Source of the DNA: an uncultured Planctomycetota bacterium
GTDB taxonomy: Bacteria > Planctomycetota > Planctomycetia > Isosphaerales > Isosphaeraceae
Direction of reading: 5' to 3'
Assembly (NCBI GenBank): GCA_963737655.1
Contig: CAVTTN010000002.1
Location: forward strand, 4,608,001-4,672,000
Length of the DNA: 64,000 bases
Part shown: positions 18,955 through 29,285 of the stretch, piece after piece
How the letters are laid out: every line of letters starts with the position of its first letter
How positions within the stretch are numbered: position 1 is the first letter of the stretch
Program-made: the position numbers and the translations under genes
Notes under the pieces: generated by a model
Database searches by the model: none
What the model saw: only the letters and a program-made list of their open reading frames with translations
Told to the model about the DNA's origin: nothing

Positions 18955-20646
18955 TCAGTTTGAGCGGACTGCCGTCGGCTGCCTCCGGGCCTGCTGGATC
19001 GCCCGGCCGAGGACGGGGTCTCGCGAGGGCTCGCCGAACTCGATGGTCGGCGCCTCGGCCCCGTCGCCCGAGACCTTCGCCGAGAGCCGTCCGGTGGCGG
19101 GCACGTCCGGCTCGACGCCCTGCTCGCTGTAGGGCCGATCCCGGGGCGAGTAGAACTTGGCCGTCGTCAGCTTGAGACCGGCCGGCGCGGTCCTCAAGGG
19201 GTAGATGCTCTGCACCGACCCCTTGCCGTAGCTCCGCTCGCCGACGACCACGGCCCGGCGATTGTCCTTCAGGGCCCCGGCGAGGATCTCGCTGGCGCTG
19301 GCGCTGTCGTGATCGACCATCACGAGCAAGGGCATCCGCCAGGGCGCACCGGGCTGGGCCACGTACGTGGCGCTTTGATTGGCGGCTCGGCCCCGGGTCG
19401 AGACGATCACGCCGGAGTCGAGGAACAGATCGGCGATCTCCACCGCGACGTTCAACAGGCCGCCGGGGTTGCCCCGGAGGTCCAGGACGAGCGTCCGCAT
19501 CCCCTGCCGTTCGAGGCCCGCGATCGCCCGGCGGAGCTCCTCGGTGGAGGTCTTCTGGAAGCCGACGAGCTGGATGTAGCCCACGCCCAACGTGGGCTCG
19601 ACGATCCGGGCCTGGGCCACGCTCTGGACCTCCACCGGACGGCGGATCAGCCGCACCGATCGCGAGCCGCCCTCCTTCGAACGGATGATCAGATCGACGG
19701 CCGAGCCCTCCGCCCCTTGAAGCTTCGCGGCCGACTCGTCGAGGCCGAGGCCTTTGAGGGATTGGCCGCCGATGTGGGTGATCTTGTCGGTGGCCCGGAT
19801 GCCCGCGTCCCACGCCGGCCCGCCCTTGAGCACGTTCACGAGCCGGAGGCCCAGATCGTCCTGCTTCAGCTCCACGCCCAGGCCGACGAAGTTGCCGTCG
19901 ATCAGGCCGAAGAGGTCGTCGAGGCGGTCGGGCGTCAGGTAATTGGTGTAGTCGTCCAGGGCGTCGCAGGCGCCGAAGGCGAACTCCATGACGATCGGCG
20001 AGGGGGCGATCCCGGCCGTGGATCGGGCCTGGTCGCAGGCCCAGGCGACGAACCCCCGGGCCTCGTCGCGCCCTCGGGCCGCGATCGTCGTCCTCCGCGA
20101 GCGGAGGGTCTCGCGGAGATGGCGGATCGCCTCGGGGTCGGCCTTCGGCGCGTTGACCTGGAGGAACGTCGGGTCGCGGAGGGCCACTTCCAGGTTGTCC
20201 AGCCCTCGCCTCAGCAGGGGCTCGACGGCCACCGGATCGACGTAATACCCCTCGATCCGTTCGAGGACCTCGTCATAGACCTCCATCGCCTGGGCCTGGG
20301 ACATCCTCAAGAGCACCGTCCGGAAGCTGCGATCCACGTATCGACGACCGAGCTTATAATGGGATTCGCAGAGCTGAAGCCGTTGGCGGAGCTCGGTGCG
20401 ATCGGGCCATCGGCGGAGTCCGGCCTCGTAGACCTCGATGGCCGCCGCCCAGTTCCGCTGGAGCTCCAGGTGGAGGCCCTTCCTCAGCCAGGAGTCGGCG
20501 TCGTCCTCGGATGAGGTCGAGGCTTCGGGCTTCGGCGCGGAAGGTTGGGCGGAATCCGGCGGGTCGGCCGCGAACGCCCGGGCCGTCGGGGCCAGGGCGA
20601 GGGCGAGGAGGCCGATCTGGAGGAAGGCGACGAGGGGACGGCGCAT
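18955..20646 (-). CDS. S41 family carboxy-terminal processing protease with PDZ domain and N-terminal TPR-like region
   Basis: GLGV PDZ motif, DLRGNPGG, SASASEI, GERSYGKGSVQ; signal peptide. Confidence 0.93.
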   Translation of the reverse strand: MRRPLVAFLQIGLLALALAPTARAFAADPPDSAQPSAPKPEASTSSEDDADSWLRKGLHLELQRNWAAAIEVYEAGLRRWPDRTELRQRLQLCESHYKLGRRYVDRSFRTVLLRMSQAQAMEVYDEVLERIEGYYVDPVAVEPLLRRGLDNLEVALRDPTFLQVNAPKADPEAIRHLRETLRSRRTTIAARGRDEARGFVAWACDQARSTAGIAPSPIVMEFAFGACDALDDYTNYLTPDRLDDLFGLIDGNFVGLGVELKQDDLGLRLVNVLKGGPAWDAGIRATDKITHIGGQSLKGLGLDESAAKLQGAEGSAVDLIIRSKEGGSRSVRLIRRPVEVQSVAQARIVEPTLGVGYIQLVGFQKTSTEELRRAIAGLERQGMRTLVLDLRGNPGGLLNVAVEIADLFLDSGVIVSTRGRAANQSATYVAQPGAPWRMPLLVMVDHDSASASEILAGALKDNRRAVVVGERSYGKGSVQSIYPLRTAPAGLKLTTAKFYSPRDRPYSEQGVEPDVPATGRLSAKVSGDGAEAPTIEFGEPSRDPVLGRAIQQARRQPTAVRSN

Positions 20647-21034
20647 CGCGGACGATCCTCCCACTGCCGGAGAGGCCGCGGCGGGTCACCGGGCCGGCAA
20701 AGCGGGGGATTCGGAGAGCGAACGCCATGCCGGGCCAGGGCGCGCCGTGGTCCCGAGGGGACCGGGGCTCTGGCCCGGAGGGGATTCGGAGACCGAGAGG
20801 CCCCGACACGCCGGGTGATCCATCCGCACGCCGCTCCCTGGGTGCTGTTCTCAAAAGTCGCTCAATCATCGGCGGAGGCGACGACGGAGAGGCGGGACCA
20901 TGAGGCCTCCACCCCTCGCCGGGTCGGTCCGTGACGGCCGCCGCGAATCCTCGCGACGACCGCCATCAGGAGTATAACACACCCACGACCGGTTCCATCG
21001 GAGAGGCCGACCCGACAACCGAGTTGTCATTTTT

Positions 21035-21808
21035 TCAAGGAGAACGCCGGCGACGTTCCAGGGCCCCCTTGCAGTGCTCGTGCAGCTCCAGCTCGATCAG
21101 TTCTTCCTCGACGTTGTCCAGGCTGGGGTTTTCCAGGGTCTGGGCCACCTCGTCCAGCAGGAACGACGTGAACTTCTCCCGGGCGAGATGCAGCCTCTTG
21201 CGGACCCACTCGACCGTCAGCGTCTTGCCCAGGATCGGGCCGAAGTGGTCGGCCATGTCGCTGGATCGGGCCTCGGTGTGCTCGGTCCGGTAGCGGAGGA
21301 GCGCGTGGTAGTTCTGGCCGGCCTGGCGATCGAACCGCGCCAGGGCGTCCCAGGCTCGGGCGAGCAGCTCGGACCTCCAGATCGTGATGAAGTCGCGGTC
21401 GGCCGCGTCGTGAGACGACTCCTCGACCATCGGCACGAAGTTGTCTTCTTCCAGAGGCAGGGGCGTCCTCTTCTTCTTCCTCTGGAGATCGACGACCAGG
21501 TGATACAGCGAGGTCTTCAGGAGGTGGCGGAACCGGCCCTTGTCCGGGTCGGCCCGGCGGAAGTCGCCCCGGACGAGCCTCAGGGCGAATTCCTGATAGA
21601 GCTCGCCGGCGGCGTCCTGATCGCGGACGGCGGCGAGCAAATAGCGATGGATCGCCGGGCTGTACCGCTCCAGTAACTTTCGGCGCGCTTCCTCGGCGGC
21701 GTCGGGCGTGCCCTGATGGGCCTGGAGCATCAGGGTCCAGGCCGTCGAGATCTGGCTGAGCCGCGAGCCCGGCTCCTCCGGCGATTCCGCCCCCGTCGTG
21801 ATTTTCAT
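21035..21808 (-). CDS. ECF-type sigma-70 factor
   Basis: STAWTL N-terminal motif, LLERYSPAIHRYL, DKGRFRHLLK region 2, VRKRLHLAREKF region 4. Confidence 0.85.
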   Translation of the reverse strand: MKITTGAESPEEPGSRLSQISTAWTLMLQAHQGTPDAAEEARRKLLERYSPAIHRYLLAAVRDQDAAGELYQEFALRLVRGDFRRADPDKGRFRHLLKTSLYHLVVDLQRKKKRTPLPLEEDNFVPMVEESSHDAADRDFITIWRSELLARAWDALARFDRQAGQNYHALLRYRTEHTEARSSDMADHFGPILGKTLTVEWVRKRLHLAREKFTSFLLDEVAQTLENPSLDNVEEELIELELHEHCKGALERRRRSP

Positions 21809-21916
21809 CGACGGATGCCCCTCTAAGAATGCTGTTCGCACGTCGGGGTCCTGGCCCCTCTCCTGGCCATGGTAATCCGACGGCCCCCGAAAATCCGCTG
21901 AAATCCCGGCCGATCC

Positions 21917-21942
21917 GGAATGAGGGGCCCCGTACTCGTAAC
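21917..21942 (+). promoter_or_regulatory. Candidate ECF-type promoter for the S53 peptidase gene
   Basis: GGAAT-N15-CGTAAC about 70 bp before ATG 22009, divergent from the ECF gene. Confidence 0.4.
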
Positions 21943-22008
21943 AGAAGAGGACGTGACGCAGACCGACACAGCTCGATGACGAGCGGCCCCAACTCCTTGG
22001 AGAGCACC

Positions 22009-23406
22009 ATGATCCGCCGCGATCGCCGCGCAACCCGTCCGTCCGTCGAATGCCTCGACGGACGAATCCTCCTCTCGGGCGTGACCCCGTTCCAGCTCGA
22101 GCATGCCTACGGCTTCGACTCGTTCAACTTCGTCGCCAACGGCAAGACGGTCAAGCCCGACGGCACGGGCCAGACCATCGCGATCGTGGACGCCTACCAC
22201 GACCCGTACCTCTCCAGCGACCTCCACAACTTCGATCGCTCGTATGGCCTGCCCGACCCGTCGCTGACGGTCTACGGCTTCTCCGGGACCCCGTCCAACG
22301 ACGGCTGGGCCGAGGAGGAAGTGCTGGACGTCGAGTACGCCCACGCCATCGCCCCGGGGGCGAAGATCGTGGTGATCGAGGCGAAGAACCCGAGCGACCT
22401 GTTCAACGAGGTCAACTTCGCCAAGAACCTGCCGGGCGTCTCGGTCGTCTCGATGAGCTTCGGCAGCTCCGAATTCTCCGGGCAGAAGGGCCAGGACTCG
22501 CTGTTCACCACGCCCGCCGGCCACACCGGCGTGACGTTCCTCGCCGCCACCGGCGACGCCGGGGCGTATTCCGGCGTGAGCTACCCGTCGAGCTCGCCGA
22601 ACGTGGTGGCCGTGGGCGGGACGACGCTGAACGTGGCCTCCAACGGCACCTACCTCAGTGAGTCGGCCTGGAGCGGCAGCGGCGGCGGTTACAGCCGCTA
22701 TGAAGCCGAGCCGTCGTACCAGAGGAGCGTCCAGAGCAGCGGGCTCCGCACGACGCCCGACGTCTCGCTCGACGCCGACCCGAACACCGGGGCCACCCTC
22801 TATTACACCACGCCCTCGACCGGCCGAGGGGGCTTCACGATCGTCGGCGGCACCAGCGCCTCGACGCCCGAATTCGCCGGCCTCGTCGCCATCGCCGACC
22901 AGGGCCGGGCCCTGATCGGCAAGAATCCCCTGGACGGGGCCACTCAGACGTTGCCCCAGCTTTATGCCTCGCCGTCGAGCGACTTCCACGACATCACCAC
23001 CGGCTCCAACGGCTACCGGGCGACCGTCGGCTACGACCTGGCGACCGGCCGGGGGACGCCCAACGCCCTGCCCTTGATCGTCGATTTGACGAGGCCGGCG
23101 AGCCGCCCGGTCCTGTCGTACACCGTCGGGGCGTCGCTGTCCCTGGCCAACGCCTCGCCGTTCACGGCCTCGCTGGTCGGCTCGTTCGACGTCTCGACGG
23201 CCCCGGGCGACTCGACGACCGACACGACCGAGGCCGCGAAGCCGACGACCCCCTCGCCGACCCCGGCCCTCGCGATCGCCCCGCCGACGGACCTCCTCGG
23301 CTCGCCGACGATCGCCACCGGCCATACCTCGCCGAAGGCCGGCACGCCGCACGACCAGGCCCTGGCCAACGTCGCCCAGGACGTCGAGATCGACTGGTTC
23401 GTGTAG
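22009..23406 (+). CDS. S53 (sedolisin/kumamolisin-like) peptidase with LEPR-xLL-like N-terminus
   Basis: VECLDGRILLS; EEVLDVE, TGDAG, PDVSLDADP, GGTSAS, GYDLATGRGTP. Confidence 0.9.
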   Translation: MIRRDRRATRPSVECLDGRILLSGVTPFQLEHAYGFDSFNFVANGKTVKPDGTGQTIAIVDAYHDPYLSSDLHNFDRSYGLPDPSLTVYGFSGTPSNDGWAEEEVLDVEYAHAIAPGAKIVVIEAKNPSDLFNEVNFAKNLPGVSVVSMSFGSSEFSGQKGQDSLFTTPAGHTGVTFLAATGDAGAYSGVSYPSSSPNVVAVGGTTLNVASNGTYLSESAWSGSGGGYSRYEAEPSYQRSVQSSGLRTTPDVSLDADPNTGATLYYTTPSTGRGGFTIVGGTSASTPEFAGLVAIADQGRALIGKNPLDGATQTLPQLYASPSSDFHDITTGSNGYRATVGYDLATGRGTPNALPLIVDLTRPASRPVLSYTVGASLSLANASPFTASLVGSFDVSTAPGDSTTDTTEAAKPTTPSPTPALAIAPPTDLLGSPTIATGHTSPKAGTPHDQALANVAQDVEIDWFV

Positions 23407-23549
23407 GGTGCATGAAATGCACCAAACACTGCGGCGGCCACCGGCCGCCATCCCTTCCCTCCCCTCTCCTCGAATCGCGAGGAAGAGGAGCGGAAAGAGG
23501 ATGGCGGCCGGTGTCCGCCGCGGGTGTTTGTGCATTTCATGCACCGGAC
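23403..23549. repeat. GTAG-type REP doublet (REPIN-like hairpin)
   Basis: GTAGGGTGCATGAAATGCACC at 23403-23423; inverted copy 23529-23549; palindromic spacer. Confidence 0.85.
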
Positions 23550-23550
23550 A

Positions 23551-25307
23551 TTATTCGTCGATCCGCATCATCCCGGCCTTCACCGCCTTGAGCGTCTGGA
23601 CCTTGCCCGACGGCCAGGTGATCTCCACCGAGTCGGCCGCCTCGGCGTCTCCCAGGCCGAACGTCAGGATGCGCTCGACCGACGAGAGATAGCCTTTCGC
23701 CGGGAAGAGCTGGCGGCGTTGCTCGATGCCCCCGCTCTTGACCGTGACCTTCGCACCCAGGGCGTCGCGATTGCTGGCCTTGCCCCGGAGGTCCAGCCTC
23801 AGCGACTTGTGGGCGCTGCCGCCGTCGTTGCGGAACAGGCGGGCGGGCTCTCCGTTGGAGGTGATCACGACGTCGAGGTCGCCGTCGCCGTCGATGTCGG
23901 CATAGGCGCTGCCCCGGCCGACGATGGGGGCGAAGAGGTCCGGGCCGACGGCCTCCGGCGGGACCAGCGCGAACAATTCCCGGCCGGCCCGGCCGGTGTT
24001 CCAGTAGAGCTGGGCCGACTGCCGGTAGCTCTCCGACGCCTGGACCTTCGCCACGTCCGGCTCCAGGTGGCCGTTGGCCGAGAGCAGGTCGAGCCGGCCG
24101 TCGTTGTCGTAATCGAAGAAGAACAGGCCGAATTTCAGGGGCGGTTGCGTCGGGGCGCCGAGGCCGAACAGCGGGGCCATGTCCGAGAACAGGAACCGCC
24201 TGGGCTCGTCGGTCACATACAGGGCGATCATCTCGTTGGCGAAATTGGCGACGGCCAGGCCCATGCTGCCGTCGTTGCGGAAGTCGCCCCAGTCGATGCC
24301 CATCGCCCCCCGGGCGCTGCCGTTCTGGTCGAACGCCACGCCGGAGACCCCGGCGATCTCCTCGAACGAGCCGTCTCCCTTGTTGCGGAACAGGAAGTTC
24401 GGCACGGTGTCGTTCGCCACGGCGATGTCGACGAACCCATCGCCGTCCACGTCCTGAGGGGCCACGCCCAGGGCCTTGGCCAGGGGGTCCTTGAGCTCGG
24501 CCTTGCGGATGCGGATGCCCGCCACCTCGCTGATATCGACGAACTTGCCGCCGTCGTTGCGGAGGAGGACGCAGAACGCCCCCTTGAACGACGACGGCTG
24601 GCCGAACGAGCGGTCCTTGCCCGCGAGGTTGAACCCCTGGGCCTTGTCGAACTCCGGCGTCCAGGTCACGTACTGGGCGAGGAACAGGTCGAGGTCGCCG
24701 TCGTTCTCCAGGTCGAAGAAGGCGGCGCTGGTCTGCCAGCCGTCCGAGCCCCGGCCCCGGCGGATTCGGTCACATCGACGAACTTGCCGCCGTCGTTGCG
24801 GAACAGGTGGCCGCCGCCCACTCCGGTGACGTACAGGTCGGGGTCGCCGTCATTGTCATAGTCGCCGACGGCCGCGCCCTGGCCGAAGAACGACACGTCC
24901 AGCCCGGCGGCCTTCGTCACGTCCTCGAAATGCCCCTTGCCGTCGTTGCGGAAGAGCCGTTGGGTGGGCCTCTCGGTCGATTCCTTGCCCGGCCAGGGGC
25001 AGGAATTGACGAAGAAGAGGTCGGGGTCGCCGTCGTTGTCGAAGTCGAGGAACGCCACGCCCGACCCCATCGTCTCGGGCAGGAGCTTCTCGCCGGTCAT
25101 CCCGTTGGCGTGGACGAAATCGATCCCGGCGTCCTTCGTGATCTCGACGAACTTGACGGCGGGGAACTTCAGGGGCTTGGCGGTGGTCACGGCCCTCGGA
25201 GCCACGGGAGGGGCGACGGTGGCCGTCGGAGCGGGCGGGTTGCACCCGGCCAGGCCGCCCGCGAGGGCGGCGCCGGCCAGGGCCAGACGTGTCGATGTCC
25301 GGTTCAT
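23551..25307 (-). CDS. CRTAC1-family (FG-GAP/ASPIC-UnbV) lipoprotein, frameshifted near 24745
   Basis: LAGC lipobox; PETMGSG; repeated DxDNDGDxD; C-terminal ALGAKV...GYLS...FGLG...WPSG. Confidence 0.9.
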
Positions 25308-28300
25308 TCGGAGGCCTCCCGGCGAGGGGTCTTCGGGGTCGAGCCGACGGACGCCGGGGCATCCGGGCGGTGGAGAGGGTGGATCACGATCGACTGCGCG
25401 TTCTTGTCGGCCGCCGGATTGCCCTGGCGGGCGAGCCTCACGGCGCGGCCCTCGGCCGTCTCGTCCGGCTTGTACATCGAGTGCAGCGCCTTGTGGACGG
25501 TCGCCAGGCACCGGGCCAACTTCACCTTGGAGGCGCCGTCCGTCTCCGCCAGCCACATCGGCCCGAGCCGTTCGAGGACGTCTTGCAGGAGAGACAGCCG
25601 GGAGACGAACTCCGGCCGCTTCTCGTCCATGATCTTCACCGCCGCGACCTCGACCCGAGCCACGGAATCGGCGCGCTCGGCGGGCGTCGCCTTGGGGTCG
25701 GCCAGCGTCCTGGCCGCGGCTTCGAGGACGTCGGCCGCGCTCGCCTTCGCCGGGAGGGCGCCGACGGGCGGGGCGTCGGATCCGAGCTCGGCCAGGGCGA
25801 GGCCGAGGTTGTAGTGGGCCTTCACGTTCTCCGAATCGACGGCCAGGGTCCGGCGGAACGTGGCGACGGTCTCCTCCAGCCCGGCCTTCCTCTCCGCGCT
25901 CCCCCTCGGGAACAGGCGGGCCCGGCCGAGCTGCCGCGCCCATCTCGTTGATGATCTCGTAGTCCTTGCTGAAGTCGAACTTCCTGGCGGGGATCTTGGT
26001 GTCCAGGACCGATCGATACTTGGCGATCGCCTCGTCGAGGTAGCCGTTCTTCTCGTCGATCTGGGCCGAGAGCCACGCGATCACCCACGGGGCGGCCGGC
26101 TCCTTGTGCTTCGACGCCGCCTCCAGGGCCTTCTGGGCGTCGGGGATTCGGCCTTCTCGTTGATAGATCCTCGCCAGGTTCACCCAGCCGTCGGCCCGGC
26201 CGAGCTCGGCGACCTTGCGGAAGACCGGCTCGGCCTGCTTCAGCTCGCCTTTCTGGCCGCCCTTGTCCGAGCCTTCGAGGAACAGGCCGATCCCGTAATC
26301 GTTCCAGCGCTGCCAGACCTCCTTGATCGGCGACGGCGGGTTCTCGACCTTCGGCCCGCCCTCCACGGGCAGCTTCACCGAGTCGGCCGCCATCACGACG
26401 ACCGGCAGCTCCGGCCCCTTGCCGGGCCCGAACACGTAATCGAGGTACTTGCGGTCGAACTTGCGGTAATTGACCTTCGCCTCCAGCTCGATCGGCCCAT
26501 TCATCCCCTCGGGGACGTCCAGGGCGAAGTGGACGACCTGACCGGCCCCCGGCGGGATCTGCTTGTTGTACAGGGGGACGAAAATATCTTGCGGATTGCG
26601 CCGGTCGATCCGTTTGCCGTCGCGGTCGAGCATGTAGACGTTGATGAAATGCGAGTACGGATCGACGGTCCCATCGGGACCGATCCCCCCGGACCGGCCG
26701 ATCACCTTGCCTTCGCCCCTGACGGTCAGCTCGACCCAGATTTCATTCGAATCGACCGTGCCCTGGCTGAACGGGTGGCCGAGGCCGAGCGTCCGCACGA
26801 CCGTCTCCACGAGGTACTTTCCGCCGGGCTTGAGGGTCGGGATTTCCGGCCGGATCGGGCCGAGCAGCGCGCCGTCGATCTCCCCGCCCTCTCGGAGGGC
26901 GAACACGTCGATGCGGACCTTCTTGTCCTTGAGGAAATCGGCCTGCGCCTTCGCAGTCTCCATGTCGCCGTTGACGAACGGCAGGCCGGTGTTCGACCCC
27001 AGGAACAGGTGATTGTGGATTTTCGACTGGCCCGAGCCGTCGAAGTCGCGGCGGGCGCCGAAGTCGTCGGACGCCATCAGGTTCATGTGGCAATCCGTGC
27101 ACTTGTTCTTGGCGGTGGTGTCCGGCGGCGGGTAATAGAAGCTCCGCGCGCCCCCTCCCGAGACGCCCGAGAGCAGGAACGTATCCCAGTGGTTCTGCCC
27201 CCGGGTGAAGTCCTGCCAGTGGTTCAGGGCGTAGGGGATGCCGACCTTGTGGCAGGTCGAGCAGAACGTCGAGTCGCGATGGACCTCGGGCTTGAGGAAC
27301 GTCTTCTTGTGCATCTCGGGCTTCGCCTTCACCAGCGTCCTGTTCACCCACTTGAGGAACTTGTTGTCGCTGGTGGCGAAGGGATAATGCTGGGGCTCCT
27401 CGATCGTGTAATCGGCGTTGCCCCGGGTGCTCTCGACGTGGGTGATCGCGTGGCAGGCGGTGCAGGTGATGCCGGCCTGGCTCGTGGGATTGTTCACGTC
27501 GTCATACTTCGGGTCGTCGAATTCGCCCGAGAAGAACGGCACGGGGTCGTGGCAGCCGGCGCACCACCGGGCGGCCCGGGTGGTGCCGTCCCTCTCGATC
27601 GAGACCTTGCGGGTCTCCCGGACGCTCGCCAGGTAGAACTTGTTGTTGAACGAGCTGAAGTGGTGGGCCGAGTGGAACCAGCCGTCGTAGGCGTCCTTGT
27701 GGCAGTCCAGGCAATACTGGTCCATCATCAGGGTCTTCGCCGAGATCAGCTTGCCCCCGGCCAGCTTCGCCTCGCTCGGGAAGGTGTACTTCGCGTCGCG
27801 GGAGTAGAGGGCCGATCGGGGATCGTGATGGTGGAGGATCGCCATCGCGCCGACGAACACGGCCACGGCCGCGCCCAGACCTTCGCCCACTCCCACCGGA
27901 TCCTCGGCCCCGCCAGCCGGTGCCTCACGTAGAGCGCGATGGCCAGGATCGGCGTGCCGACGTGGAGCCAGTAGCTTACCGAGCGCGCCGAGGGGTCGCG
28001 GACCTCGAAAACCCCGCTGATCCGGACCAGGACCAGGCCCGAGACCAGCAGGACGATGGAGACGATCAGCAAGATCACCCCGTACCGCACGGCCGCCTTG
28101 TTGGGCCGGTTCCACGAGGTCACGAGGTGCCCGAACCCGAAGATCACGAACGGGACGACCAGGGCGAGGCCGAGGACGAGATGGAGGATGAACATCCAGA
28201 AGTAAAAGGGCGTTTGCTGGGTGGAACGCGACCACCAGCTCATCGCGGTGATGGCGGAAAGGTAGACGCCGGTGGCTCCGAGCAGGGCGAAGCCTCCGAG

Positions 28301-28393
28301 CAACGCCCAGAGCAAGGGGCGGAGCCAGGGGCCGACGGCCGGCGTGTAGACCCGGCCGCGACGGTCCTTCAAGGACGGTCGAGCGACGGACAT
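25304..28393 (-). CDS. Membrane-anchored multiheme cytochrome c with C-terminal TPRs, frameshifted near 27870 and 25935
   Basis: N-terminal TM helices with His; five CxxCH (CLDCH, CAGCH, CTACH, CSTCH, CTDCH); WNDYGIGL and AHYNLGLAL TPRs; ATGA overlap with the CRTAC1 gene. Confidence 0.85.
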
Positions 28394-28538
28394 GGAGACT
28401 CCCTCGCCGAGGTCGGCGGTCGAGACGATGGGACCGGAGTTCGAGACGATCACGGCTCGGCCCCGACCCCCTCCGGGCGATGGCCCGAGGGAGACGGGTT
28501 CGCGATCGGCGCGCGGGGGCGCCGTCGTCCGGGATCGC

Positions 28539-28934
28539 CTATCGAGGCGGCCGGTCGCGGTCGTCGGACGAGAGCCGGGCGAGCAGGAGGCGAGGGGCCT
28601 CGAACTGCGCCTCGGACCCGTCGGCACCGCAATTCCGGATCGAGAGGGCCGCCTCGGCGGGCCCGGGACCGAGCCCTCGGCCCGGGGCGGACGGCACCTC
28701 GTCCGTGCAGGATTTCGGCGTCAGGGCGCCGGGGCGGAAGTCCTCGAAAGCGGCCACGCCGATCGCCGATGGGGCCTTATCGCCCGGGAGCGTCACCCCG
28801 AAGACCGGCTTCTCGTCGACGTGGCACCCCATCCCCAGGGCCGGGCGCGCGGACAGGACCAGCCCGGCCCACCCGAGGAGGAAGACGAGGCGTCGGAACC
28901 GGGCCCGGAGCCGCCCTGTCCGCGGGTGGTCCAC
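28539..28934 (-). CDS. Small exported leader protein ending in RPPR (DUF2946/arrest-peptide-like)
   Basis: GTG start; basic + hydrophobic signal ending ARPALG; GCH; C-terminus DRPPR*. Confidence 0.6.
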   Translation of the reverse strand: MDHPRTGRLRARFRRLVFLLGWAGLVLSARPALGMGCHVDEKPVFGVTLPGDKAPSAIGVAAFEDFRPGALTPKSCTDEVPSAPGRGLGPGPAEAALSIRNCGADGSEAQFEAPRLLLARLSSDDRDRPPR

Positions 28935-29063
28935 CGTCGGAATCTCTCGACCGGCAATGGGGAGATGGGGGAAGAGTCTCGTCAGAATATTACACGGCCG
29001 GCGGACCTTGGTTGTCAAGTGCGCCGCGATGGACGGTGCACCTGATCGGTTATTCAGACCAGG

Positions 29064-29206
29064 GACTCGGACCGCCTCTCCCCACTTCGGGAGAGGGCCA
29101 GGAGGGGGACCTCGCCGATCGAAACCGGGGCGCCGCACGACCTTCGGCGTCCTTCGGGTCCCTCCGCCCTGCCCGCTCTCCCGAAGCGGGGAGAGGCGGT
29201 CGAGTC
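29064..29206. repeat. Inverted pair of CTCTCCC..GGGAGAG palindromic repeats (second REP-like family)
   Basis: ACCGCCTCTCCCCACTTCGGGAGAG at 29071-29095; near-exact reverse complement at 29176-29200. Confidence 0.7.
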
Positions 29207-29285
29207 TCCGCATGCTCAAGGGAGGGGCCCGGCCGGTCGAGGTGGGGGCTGCCCCGCCCCAAGCGGCCGATGCCCGCGCCCGGGA

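Noticed and set aside
24666..28235. Apparent 1189-aa cytochrome-CRTAC1 fusion
   Set aside because: Artefact of frameshifts; a separate lipoprotein start at 25307 overlaps the upstream stop at 25304.
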